Assembly (NCBI GenBank): GCA_964016885.1
Contig: OZ024742.1
Coordinates: 226,238,001-226,302,000 of the forward strand
Direction of reading: 5' to 3'
Source of the DNA: Eledone cirrhosa
Taxonomy: Eukaryota
DNA: 64,000 nucleotides
Below the pieces are notes generated by a model, which saw only the letters and a program-made list of their open reading frames with translations, did not search any database and was not told the DNA's origin. The translations under genes and the position numbers were made by a program. Position 1 is the stretch's first letter. Each line of letters starts with the position of its first letter. Below, in pieces: positions 1-11,095 of this stretch.

Positions 1-1943
1 GGCTGGGAGGTTTTTACTGTGTTGCCTACACGGCCACATTACAGCGTGGACTGTGTGTTTTTTTGTCGTGACACCTACACGATCTCATTTGTTTCGGCCT
101 GGATGGCGTGGCACCAACATAACTTTACATAGAACGGGGTGGTGTGGATGGGGTGGGGGTGGTGGGACGGGGTGTATTTTGTTAGAGATGCCTACTGACT
201 GTAGTAGGTTTTACTTTGTATTTAGGTAAGGCGGGTCTTCTCTGTTACTGAGTACCGCCAAAGGTCTCGGTCCAATGACATTGTCTTGGAGAGGTGTATG
301 TGTGTGAGGTCGGAGTTTATCAGCTCGTCCCAGGTTTTTCTAGGTCTGCCTATTCCGTGGCTACCGTCTATCTTTATTGCCCTGCACTTTGTTATACAGC
401 TATCGACTTTCATGCGCATCACGTGTCCATACCAACGTAGCCTTCTCTCGAGTAAACAACATCTGATCCCTCTTATTTCTAATTTTTTCCTTAGTTCGTT
501 TATGCTTTGCCGTTCACGTATATTACTGTTACACATCCAGCGGAGCATGCAAGCTTCGTTCCTCTCTAGTCTGCGTATATCCTCTGCACACAATGCCCAG
601 GTCTCACTGCCATGCAACATTGATGTTCATATGCAGGCATCATACAACCTGCCTTTCATTTTTAGGGAGAACCCTTTAGCAGCTAATAGTGGTATAAGCT
701 CTCTGAACTTTTTCCAACCAGTTCTGACTCTAGCTACTGTACTTTCAGAGCACCCTCCCCCACTGCTGATTTTATCGCCCAGGTAACGGAAGCTGTCCAC
801 TATTTCTATAGAACCCTCTGCGCAATTGAAAGAGCTAGTATTTTGTGGGCACTTGCTGCTACTTATTGCACCAGAGCACCGGCCACATGTAAAATCTATG
901 TTCTTAGTTAGCTTACCTGTGATCCCACTACATCTTTTATGCACCCATACTTTGCATTTGGGACATAAAATGGAGTTTCTACCTACGCCTTTCCTACACA
1001 CTGAGCATGGCCATTTCCCAGAAGGGACCGCCGCCTTATTTTCTTTCCTACAAACTAGAACTTTAGTCTTAGCCAGGTTAATTTTAAGTCCTTTTGATTC
1101 TAGGCCGTGCTTCCATGTTTGGAATTTCTTCTCTAGCTCGGCCATTGATTCAGCTATGAGTGTCAGGTCGTCTGCATATAGGAGTTCCCATGGGCAGCCG
1201 GTCTTGAACTCCTCTGTTATAGCCTGAAGGGCAATAATAAATAGTAGGGGGCTGAGAACAGAGCCCTGATGGACGCCAACTTTTACGCTAAACTCTTCAC
1301 TATATTCGTTGTTAATTCTAACCTTGCTGACTGTTTCTTTATACATGGCTTGTATAGCTCTCACAAGTCATTCGTCAACACCTAGTTTTCTAAGAGCCCA
1401 CCAGATAATGGAGCGGGGGACTCTGTCGAAGGCTTTCTCCAAGTCGACAAAAGCTAAGTAGAGGGGTTTACCTTTAGCTAGGTACTTCTCCTGTAGTTGT
1501 CGTACAATGAAAAGAGCGTCTGTGGTACTTTTGCCTGACACAAACCCGAACTGCATTTCATCTCGGTCAATTCTCTCTCTGATTAGTTGCGCTATTACTT
1601 TTTCCGTGACCTTCATGACCTGGTCGATTAATTTAATGCCTCTATAGTTACTCCTATCTAGGGCATCTCCTTTACCCTTATAACAGTTAACGATGATGCT
1701 GCTATGCCAGTCCTTCGGAACAACCCCATTCTGTACGACTTGGTTAACTATGTGGGTGACCATGGTGTGTCACACCGTGCCAGATGCCTTCAGCATCTCA
1801 GCAACTATTTCCGAAGGCCCAGCCGCCTTACCCGTCTTCATATCCTTGATTGCCTTACTTATTATACTCCCCTCGACTAACACTGCTGGTTCCTCTATTG
1901 GGTCGATGTGGGGGAGACTGTCTTTCTCCCATTTATTCTCCTA
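1..1943 (-). mobile_element. RTE-clade LINE, 5'-truncated copy (RT, PHD-like finger, C-terminus, long 3' UTR running off the window start)
   Basis: ORFs 1368-1763, 627-1364 and 222-620 share one frame, split by two TGA stops. RT motifs NYRGIKL, QFGF, FVDLEKAFDRV, GVHQGSVLSPLLF, LLYADD, FRYLG and the RTE C-terminus RRLRWYGHVMR..GRPRKTW are present. Bases 1-221 match the UTR at 53021-53260. Confidence 0.95.
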
Positions 1944-1964
1944 GATAGATATAGATATATATAA

Positions 1965-2005
<41 letters not shown>

Positions 2006-2010
<5 letters not shown>

Positions 2011-2069
2011 GTCCCACCCTTGCAAGCAGGGAAAAGCGGACGTAAAATGATGATGATGATGATGATGAT
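2006..2069 (+). mobile_element. Short RTE 3' terminus with (GAT)n tail
   Basis: cgtcccacccttgcaagcagggaaaagcggacgtaaaa(tga)n matches the 3' end of the RTE at 56548-56617, and is flanked by (TA)n. Confidence 0.8.
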
Positions 2070-2083
2070 ATACATATATACAT

Positions 2084-2495
2084 AAACCTTACCCATTTAC
2101 ACCTCTCAAAGGCGATGACACACGACCGTGATCTCTGGTGTCACACAGTGATACAGAAGACCCGACCCTCCCACGGGTACAAGCCGAAACTGAAGCATAT
2201 AGACAATATGCCCCCACACCCTCCCCCTGCAAACTGGTCTTGGAGGTGCCACAGCAAAAAAGCACCCAGCCTACACTGTAAAGTGGACGTGTAGGTACCA
2301 CGGAAAAAAGCACCCAGCACTCACTGTAAATGAGGTTGATGTTAGGAAGGGCATCCAGCTGTAGAAATCAAGCCAGAAGCAGTTCCCTTACGGGCAAGAC
2401 AAGGTCAGCTGACCGGACACTGCCCACAACAGGACAACCCGTCTAACCCATGCTCGCATGGAAGAACGGACGTAAAACAGTGATGATGATGATGA
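2084..2495 (+). mobile_element. RTE 3' fragment (ORF end plus long 3' UTR, (GAT)n tail)
   Basis: Encodes DRDLWCHTVIQKTRP (RTE C-terminus), then the ttaggaagggcatccagc motif, cccatgc..catgg and a gatgatgat tail. Confidence 0.85.
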
Positions 2496-2507
2496 TATAT
2501 ATATATA

Positions 2508-2700
2508 TATCACATAAGAAATGGAGAATCAGTGGTGCGACGAATTAAAATTTATTAGACATATTACAATCGTTTCTCTGGCGACCAGCTCAATGCAATG
2601 ATCGAACCTGACTCTGAAATTGCAAGATCCTCCTTCTTCGAAGTAGAGTTTCCAAAATTTTAATTTGTCACATCACTGATTCTCCATTTCTTATGTGATA
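2508..2700. mobile_element. Small element with ~45-bp terminal inverted repeats (MITE-like or inverted retroelement end)
   Basis: tatcacataagaaatggagaatcagtggtgcgacgaattaaaatt (2508-2552) is the near reverse complement of 2656-2700. It starts in (TA)n. Confidence 0.65.
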
Positions 2701-2771
2701 TACTCTGCTCTGTAAGAGCATCGAGTGCTCAAACGGCCTACCGCATATGGACGCTTTAAGCATCCCACACC

Positions 2772-2826
<55 letters not shown>

Positions 2827-2872
2827 TATGTGTATATATATATAGATATAAATATATATAAATATATATATA

Positions 2873-3035
2873 TCATCATCATCATCATCATCATCATTTT
2901 ACGTCCGCTTTTCCCTGCTTGCAAGGGTGGGACGGGAACTGATTCTGGCTTGATTTCTACAGCTGGATGCCCTTCCTAACACCAACCTCATTTACAGTGA
3001 GTGCTGGGTGCTTTTTTGCCGTGGCACCTCCATGA
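2873..3035 (-). mobile_element. Non-autonomous RTE-derived fragment (UTR motif plus 3' terminus)
   Basis: (cat)n, acgtccgcttttccctgcttgcaagggtggga, then gctggatgcccttcctaac. It is the reverse complement of motifs at 2006-2069 and 2300-2370. Confidence 0.8.
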
Positions 3036-3064
3036 CTACTTTGCAGTGGAATGATGGGGACCCC

Positions 3065-3185
3065 AGCCCCTATCATCTCATTTCTACAGCTGAGTAAACT
3101 GGAGCAATGTGAAATAAAGTGTCTTGCTCAAGGAAACAACACATCACCCGGTCTGAGAATTGAACTCACAACCTTTCGATCAGCA
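3065..3185 (-). mobile_element. tRNA-derived SINE fragment
   Basis: Minus strand has a B-box-like gagttcaattc followed by ccttgagcaagacacttt, a typical SINE central motif. Confidence 0.65.
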
Positions 3186-3395
3186 AACAGGTGGGGTACT
3201 TGGCTTTGATAAGTACCAGTCAGTACGAAACATAGCTCTGTCAGCTTTATCTCCCCCCTGTTTGCTGAGAATTTAATGTAAGTGAGACTGTCACTACTCT
3301 AAAACGATAGCATAAGGTCTTCGAAATGCTTTTAATTAAGCATACAGTGTATTGCAAAATACACTGTATATACATTCATATATATATATAGCTAT

Positions 3396-3580
3396 ATTGT
3401 TTCTACTTTTAGCACAAGGCCAGCAATTACCCAGTACATTACTGGTAATTTATTTTATTGACCCCATAAGGATGAAAGGCAAAGTTAACCTCGGCGGAAT
3501 TTGAACTCAGAATGGCAAGGGCCATTACTCCATGTGTCAAAGCATGGCGTACGACCCTCTACCAATACTGCCAATCCTCC
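3396..3580 (-). mobile_element. tRNA-derived SINE with Nin-domain-like core
   Basis: Minus strand has A box tggcagtattgg, B box gagttcaaattcc and gcctttcatcc..ggggtcaataaaat. Seven further copies are in the window. Confidence 0.85.
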
Positions 3581-3988
3581 AATAATAATAATAACCTCTA
3601 AGCCACCTACCTTCACTATAAACATATATAAATAAAGTGGCTTGCTCGAGGATACACTGTACTACCAGAAATCAAACTTATGACTCTACCAAACACTCTA
3701 ACCTCTAAGCCACCTACCTTCACTATAACCACATATAAATGAATAATAGAATTTTGGAGAAAGGGGATGAAATAAAAAGTGTACCAGTCAATACAATAAA
3801 CAATTTATTTGTACAAAACTATTAGTATTGATTTTGTTTTGATTGATTTACTGTGAAGTTAGATGGAAAATCAATTGATGTTATTGTTATTGTTATAGTT
3901 AAATATATTACAATGACTGATCAATGGGATAATTATTAAGAATTATGTTTAGAACTTATGTCTTTTTCTCTGACTATATTTTTGTTTC

Positions 3989-4135
3989 TTTTATTCTTTT
4001 ACTTGTTTTCAGTCATTAGACTGAGGCAATGCTGGGGTACTGCCTTAATCTAGTCAACCATATCAACCCCAGCACTTATTTCTTTTAAGTCAGGTACTTA
4101 TTTTATCAATCAATCTTTTTGTCAAACAGCTAACA
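3989..4135 (-). mobile_element. SINE 3' portion (family also at ~11735-11900, ~44375-44545, ~50960-51050)
   Basis: The motifs tttcagtcatt, agtcaaccatat, cccagcacttatt, ggtacttattttatc recur at several positions, followed by (CA)-rich tracts. Confidence 0.65.
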
Positions 4136-4525
4136 GACACAAACACAAATGTAATCAGAAACATGGACACACATACACATACACACACACACATACACAT
4201 ACAAACACACATACACAAACACACCCAAACACATGCACACACACACATTCATACAGACACACATACACACACACACACATATATAAGAAAGAAAGGTTGA
4301 GAAAGAATTTTCAAACTCCAACTACATGTGGAACACACCACAACAGAAACATAAACCCTCCATCTCAATTATATTTTTGAAAATGATAAGAACTGCGAAA
4401 CCGGTAAAGTAAATAAATATTCTTAAAAGACTCCAGTTACATTTTCAATTTCTTTTCCTTATATATATATATATATATGACAAGTAAGTATGTTTTGAAA
4501 CAGTGAGCAGGCTTGAAATTAGAAA

Positions 4526-4859
4526 ATAGAATAGCTTTCACCGTATTTTTGACTAAAGAAATTTTAGTCTGATAATGGGGTTTAGAACCCTCAGATAAAT
4601 GGAAAGAGATGAGTATTGACGTACATGGGAGTTGAACCCACATCTTTGGTTATCCAGACCACTGTGCTACCATTACACCAACACATCACCCATGTGTGAT
4701 ATGTTGGTGTAATGGTAGCACAGTGGTCTGGATAACCAAAGATGTGGGTTCAACTCTCATGTACGTCAATACTCATCTTTTTCCATTTATCTGAGGGTTC
4801 TAAACCCCATTATCAGACTAAAATTTCTTTAGTCAAAAATACGGTGAAAGCTATTCTAT
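4526..4859. repeat. Near-perfect 334-bp palindrome of two head-to-head tRNA-like SINE heads
   Basis: 4526-4690 is the reverse complement of 4695-4859 with few mismatches, centred on catg. Each arm has tggtgtaatgg (A box) and ggttcaactc (B box). Confidence 0.92.
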
Positions 4860-4877
4860 ATATATATATGTATATAT

Positions 4878-5325
4878 CAGTCCTGTATGAGCAAGACATG
4901 GTCACCTGACCTAGCATTGCCTACAACAGGACAACTTATCTAACCCATACTAGTGTGGAAAATAGACGTAAAACGGTGGTGATGATGATGATATATGTAT
5001 ATACGCACAAGTATATATACATCATTATCATGATATATATATTATTATCATGATATATATATATGTATATATGTGTGTATATGTATGTTATGTTGATACC
5101 ACAAAACATCTAGCCCACACTGTAAAGTGGTTGTGTAAAAGACACAGCAAAAAGCACCCAGCGCACACAGTAAATGTAGGAAGGGCATCCAGCCATAGAA
5201 AACCAGCCAGAAACAGTCCTATATGAGCGAGACACGGTCACCCGACCCAACTTGCCTCTAAATGGGACAAACCCATCTAACCCATGCTAGCATGGAAGAT
5301 AGACGTTAAACGATGATGATGATGA
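4878..5325 (+). mobile_element. Two RTE 3'-UTR/tail fragments (4878-4992 and 5094-5325) in (TA)-rich DNA
   Basis: Both carry cagtcct.tatgagc.agaca.ggtcacc, aacccat.ctag..tggaa..tagacgt.aaacg and (gat)n, matching 7085-7215. Confidence 0.8.
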
Positions 5326-5328
5326 TAT

Positions 5329-6631
5329 ATATGAGATGGTATCAAAAAGTTATGTTTAAAAAAAACTAATATATTTACCTAAGTTTTAACATCATCTCCT
5401 TCGAAATAGTAACGTTGTGCAGCAATACACCAGTCCCAGCGTTCCTGCCACTTTTGGAATCTGGCCTGGAAGTTGTTTTCTGTAAGTGAATCTAGGACCT
5501 TCTGTGATTTGCTCTAGATCTCGGCAACGGTGTTAAAATAGCAACCTTTCAGCTGCATTTTCAATTTGGAGAAGAGATGGAAGTCCACAGGTGCTACATC
5601 TGGCAAATAGGGCAGGTGCGGAAGCGATTACAATGTTGTTTTTGGTGAGAAACTCATGAGTGAGGAGAGTTGAGTGACAGGGTGCATTGTTGTCATGAAG
5701 AATCCAATTCTTGGCGCTCTACACATTTGGTCGCTTTCGCCAAACATCCTCCTTCAGATGCCTCAAAACATTATAGTAGAACTCTTGATTGATGGTCTGG
5801 TCCTGGGGGGGGGGGGTCGAATTCTCGATGCATGATACCGTAGATGTCGAAAAAAAGGTGAACATGCTCTTGATTGAGCTGTGGCTCTGTCAGGCTTTCT
5901 TTGGTCATGGAGATGAAGGGCTGTTCCACTGTGTCGATTGCTGCTTCAGCACAGAGTCATACTCGTAGACCCAACTCTCATCACCAGAGATGATCCTCAG
6001 CGGCACACTGACAGAGATCTTGACAGACTTTGACTTGGTGTTCTTTCTGCTCAGTGGTGAGCAGGCCAGGGACAAACTTGCCAACGGCACACTGCATGTT
6101 TAATTCAGATGTTAGGCTTGCCTGCATGGACCCACACAACAGAACAACAACATCAGCAATATCGTTGATTGTTCTCCAAGATCCTCATGCACAAGCTGAT
6201 TAATTTTCTTCACATTTCCAGGAGTGATGCTCGTGGCAGGTTTTCCAGATCGCTTGTCATCTTCCAGGGACGGTCTTCCCCTTTTGAAGCACATGTGCCA
6301 CTCAAAACAGTGCGTACAACTCATTGCCTTGTCAACGCAAACTTGCCTAAGCATGCTCAATGTCTCTCAAGCAGATTTCCCAAGCTAAACGCAAAATTTC
6401 ACGTTGGCTCTTTGTTCCAACTTCCTGTTCATGACAAAATCACAGGCTACAGCATACATGTGATCACAAAAACACAAATTTCACAACTTGCAAAGTGAAC
6501 ACAGCACACTGTCGCTCAGCACACTGGCACATGAAGGTCACTGCTAGCTCTCTCACAGTATGCAACTTCATGTTACCACCTGTTGGTGCACTACAGAACT
6601 AGTCTGGAAACTTTTTGATACAACCTACATA
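5329..6631 (-). mobile_element. Mariner-family DNA transposon, decayed, ~1.3 kb
   Basis: TIRs tatgagatggtatcaaaaagtt / aactttttgatacaacctacata with TA flanks. Transposase remnants FKRGRPSLEDDKRSGKP, IISGDESWVYEYD..KQQSTQW, HLPYLPDVAPVDF and RWDWCIAAQRYYFEG are broken by frameshifts. Confidence 0.93.
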
Positions 6632-6671
6632 TATATATACATATATATAGAAGTAGGTAGATATATATATT

Positions 6672-7215
6672 GGAGTAGGTAGACCCAGAAAAACCTGGGA
6701 CGATCTGATAAATTCCGACCTTACACACTTGCACCTCTCTAAGACAATGTCACTAGACCGAGATCTTTGGCACTACGCAGTAATACGGAAGACCCGCCTT
6801 GCCTATGTACAAAGTGAAACCTACAGTCAGTAGGCACCTCTTAACCAAATATACACTCCAATCCACTACCCCTACCCAACACCACCCTCTCTCTATAAAG
6901 TTGGTACCACAACATCCAGTCCAAACTAATGAGATAATGAGATCGAGATCGTGTAGGTGTCACGAGAAAAAAACACAGTCCACACTGTAATGTGGCCGTG
7001 TAGATAACACGGTAAAAAGTTTCCAGTTCCTCACTGTAAATGTGGTTGGTGTTAGGAAGGACATCTAGGCGTAGAAAACCTGCCAGATAGTCCTATATGA
7101 GCGAGACACGGTCACCCGACCAACCTTGCCTCAAGTGGGACAACTCCTGTCTAACCCATGCTAGTGTGGAAGATGGATGTTAAACGAAGATGATGATGAT
7201 GATGATGATGATGAT
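6672..7215 (+). mobile_element. RTE 3' fragment (GVGRPRKTWDDL..., long 3' UTR, (GAT)n)
   Basis: Near reverse complement of 52834-53390, with (TA)n on both sides. Confidence 0.92.
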
Positions 7216-7393
7216 ATATATATATATAATAATAATAATAATGATAATAAGTTGATGGGACTAGCATAAGGTTTCCTGCTAGTACCGGTTGCATCTCAGC
7301 ATACTCAATAGGTAAGGTTATGTAAAAATCCCAGAGTAGACACAAAGTTATTTGCTTCAATACAACACACGTAAATGGGTACCATAAATCTAT

Positions 7394-7507
7394 ACCCGTA
7401 CTCGAGTTTTGGCTAAACCTAATGCAGCAAGAGAATGTACAGCCTCTATTGTCTGCATTTATTTTGCAACAATACACAATCAGCGTATGTGGCTTCATCA
7501 GTGGATC
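7394..7507 (-). ncRNA. Decayed hammerhead-ribozyme-like motif
   Basis: Minus strand reads atcca-CTGATGA-agcc..(~85 nt)..tagcc-aAAA-CTCGAG-TA-cgggt. Stem III is palindromic (ACTCGAGT), but the GAAA core reads AAAA. Confidence 0.4.
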
Positions 7508-7775
7508 TCGCCTAACCAATAACCAATTGATCAACAGAATTCGGTTCCAGTCCATGCCACCTTTGGCTGTAAATTCAACAGGTGACACAGTAGTACATAA
7601 GCAACTGAAATCCCTACGCATCATCAAAATACCGTCAACTGATTGACCACTGGTTCAGAAATTTACGTGGTAGGAGTCAAGATTCTATTCTTTGGCCCCT
7701 CCATAAGGACTCAACCAACATATCTCAAGTCAAACACAAATTAACAAGTGAGTGAAAAAATCGGTTATTAGAGAA

Positions 7776-7806
<31 letters not shown>

Positions 7807-7820
7807 TATACATATATATA

Positions 7821-8000
7821 AGCACCCAGTCCACTCTGTAAAGTAGTTAGCATTAAGAAGACCATCTAGCTGTAGTAACAATGCTAAAATGAAACTCATA
7901 AGTAAGACATGGTCATCTGACCGTTTAGTCTCAGACACAGCAGCCTACCCAACCCATGCCGGCATGGAAAATAAACATAAAATAGTGATGATGTTGATGT
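7821..8000 (+). mobile_element. Older RTE-derived UTR/tail fragment
   Basis: agcacccagtccactctgtaaagt..cccatgccggcatggaaaa..gatgatg. Confidence 0.7.
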
Positions 8001-9149
8001 TCTCAGTTAGATGGGAGACTTAATTTGTCACCTATTGTAACATCACTACTGGTCCTTGTGTGCTTTTAGCAGAGTTCACTCAGAGTTCACTCAGCTAAAA
8101 GTATTTGGGCTAAATCTCCAAATTGAAGACACTTTCTTCCTTCTCCCTCTCTCTCCCACCAATTTTGGAGACCTGAAAAAGAGACATGGTCACTGCCCTT
8201 CAGTTTTTGTCTAAACAGTAAAAAAATGGTTACAGCTGAAATCCTTTTTTAATTTATTACATTGACACAAAGGAAAATAAAGATAAGTAGCCAATTGTCA
8301 AGTATGACCAAGGAAACAATGTCTCTATTAGTCTTTCCATTTCTAATACTATCTGCCATTTGCAATTCCTGTTGCAAGAAAGGATCTGATTGTCAGATCA
8401 GAACAAGGAAACAATGTTTCCATTGGTCTTTCCATTGTTGCAACACATTGACACAGAATGGTTTGAAATAACTGACACCACCAAATAATCTACTTCCCTT
8501 CATTTCAAATAGCAACTGTAATGGAAAAATAAAAAAATTATTTACCATTATTTTTCAATTCCTATTTTTTAAAGTTAGATCAATGAGGAAAGAGAAGGGA
8601 GGAGAGAATGAGAGAGAAAAGAAGAGAGAGAGAGAATGGGAGATGCCTTAGTGTGGAGAACAGAACATTGGGTGGGAAGTGGAATTAGAGAATAGAAAAA
8701 GGAGATGAAGAGATAAAGAAAGAGGTGTAAGAGAAAAATGTAAGATTGGGGGGTGGGGTAGGAAGATAGAAAGAGGGGGAGAGAGAGAAGTAGTAGAGAA
8801 AGAAAACAAATAGAATTAGAAGGAAAAAGTGGTGATAAATTGTTGGATAATGTGTAACTAAATTATGAAGTTGTAGAATGAAGAAGTGGAGATGTTCCTT
8901 AGACCACTAATTGGGGTTGTATTGATTGGATTGGGTGGGGAGAAGAAGGAGAAAGGAGAAGAAGAAAGAAGATACAGATGTCCTAGATCTTTTGCAGAAC
9001 CTATCCAGTCTCATTCTTCTGTGAGATTCATTTTTTTTTAACTCTTAGCATCCTGTACTACATGAAGCCACATTAACAAGACATTTGTGAGAGGTATAAA
9101 ACTGTACTTTGACTGTGTCACATGAAAAATTAATATCTTTACTCTAATA

Positions 9150-9533
9150 CTACAAATGTTCACAATAATTAGTGTACTAGTATAAGTACTATAAACATGT
9201 AAATTAACAAACCACATTAGCAAAACATTCTTGAAAAATATTACAAATGTTCACAACAATTAGTCTACTAGTATAATTACTATAAACATTTAAATTAATA
9301 AACCACATGAAACCACATTAGCAAAACATTCTTGAAAAATACTACAAATGTTCACTACAATTAGTGTACTAGTATAAGTACTATAAACATTTAAATTAAC
9401 AAACCACATTAGCAAAACATTCTTGAAAAATATTACAAATGTTCACAACAATTAGTCTACTAGTATAATTACTATAAACATTTAAATTAATAAACCACAT
9501 GAAACCACATTAGCAAAATATTCTTGAAAAATA
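9150..9533. repeat. Tandem repeat, alternating 91/101-bp units (ABAB, 192-bp dimer)
   Basis: Units start at 9150, 9241, 9342 and 9433. B units carry an extra aaaccacatg and their own diagnostic substitutions. Confidence 0.92.
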
Positions 9534-9769
9534 CAAAACAACACTTTCACTGCACCACATGAAAAATTGAAATTTTCATAATAATCAGTCCACTATTAAA
9601 GATACTATAAAAATTTGAATTAACAAACTCGTTTTTACCTATTTTCTGCTAAATCATTACAGAATAAAAATTAAAGAATTAAAACTAAAAGTATCAGAAA
9701 ACTTTAAAATAAACAATATATTTACATGAAGAAAACCTATGCATCAGAGCAGTGAGACTCAAACTGGAG

Positions 9770-10735
9770 ACATTTCCATGTCTGCTTCTTAGCCTTAGTT
9801 GTCTCAGCGACCTTACTATTCCACTACCAAGTCACCCTTCTTCTCTCTGAAGCCCTGCTCCAGCCACAGATCTTGTCTGTGTCCTTCAGTGGAACTCCCA
9901 CTGTTCCCCTATATTGTATGCATATTTCTTCTTCTTTACTGTAAAAAGCATCAAGCAAAATACCTCTAAATTTGTTACTGACTGTGGGCTCCCTCAACTT
10001 CAACATCCTTCTCCTCCAGGTTGTCCTCCGTTTCCAAGTTTGTCTAGCTCTAACTTTAAAGTTAATTAACTATTTGGTTATGTTGGGAAGTGCATTCCTC
10101 ACCAAGGAGGGATTTTGTGTTTATAACCATCACTCTTTCTTGTCTGGTGAGGATAAAAAATCTATTTGGTTAAGTGTGCTCACTTAATCTATCAGTGATC
10201 AAGTGGTTTGTTAGTTTTCTGAAGTTTGTGTTGCAGATAGTTAGATCATTAACATCACAGAATTTCAGGAGCTTTGATCCTTTCTCATTTCTCGTACCAA
10301 ATCCAAAGCCTCTGTGTACCCCATAGAAGCGATCACATTGTGGTCACATTAAAGTCACTTACAATGATTATAAAGTCACCATCACTCGTTTGGGAAGTAG
10401 TTTGCATTAGTTCATCTAACAGTCCGGATTGCTGTGCTTATGCAGATATAATTGTTACAGTTGTTCTATTTAGTTTAATGACTGTTGTTCATTCTATTTA
10501 CCACAATTACCTTATCTACCCATTTTCACCTAACAGAATACCTACTCCACCCAGCCTGTTGTCTTTGCCTATCCAGAAAAATTTATAGCATTGGTTTCTC
10601 CCAAAAGGAGCCTGGCTGATCCTCACTACTTTGTCTCTTGTACACAGCCCACATCAACTTTCTTTCACTCCAATATATCTACAATCTCTCCTGATCTTCC
10701 TTTTATTGTGCCTACATTGATGGTGGTGGCTCTGA
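9770..10735 (-). mobile_element. Old RTE fragment, APE endonuclease region
   Basis: Minus-strand EIVDILE*KKVDVGCVQET..YKFFWIG and TDKICGWSRASERRRVTW align by eye with ORFs 58807-59526 and 58549-58746. Confidence 0.8.
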
Positions 10736-10869
10736 AGTATTAGAGTTCATCAGAAGAGGGAGATCAATTATTGGGGAGGGGGTGAATTTTTGTTGGCTTT
10801 CCATATCTTTAATGAAGAAGAAAGTTTGCATAGTCACCCAAAGGCGAATCATATATCAAATGAAATACC

Positions 10870-11095
10870 AATATATCCAACTATAGTGAAATATCAATAT
10901 ACTCAACTATAGTATGCTTGGAGCTATAATATACCTTGAGCTATACTTAATAATCATAAAATATGTTGATCCATATTTAATAATCCTAATATATGTTGAC
11001 CTATAATTGATAATCATAACATATATTAAACTTAACTTAATACTATCATATATTGAACAATACTTAATTCTAAAATACTTTGAGCTATACTTAAT
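10870..11095. repeat. Degenerate ~30-bp AT-rich minisatellite
   Basis: Recurrent ttgagctatacttaataatcat..atat units. One more unit appears at ~11465-11483, after an RTE-UTR-like insert (11096-11460). Confidence 0.6.

Noticed and set aside
286-1944. Plus-strand ORFs overlapping RTE copies (also at 56422-57084, 61132-62483 etc.)
   Set aside because: Antisense shadows of the RTE reading frame with no independent motifs.
4696-4770. Functional tRNA gene
   Set aside because: The acceptor and anticodon stems are imperfect, and it is followed by a SINE-like body and duplicated as a palindrome. Treated as a tRNA-derived repeat.
8581-8970. GA-rich purine tract as a regulatory element
   Set aside because: Low-complexity sequence with no linked gene.
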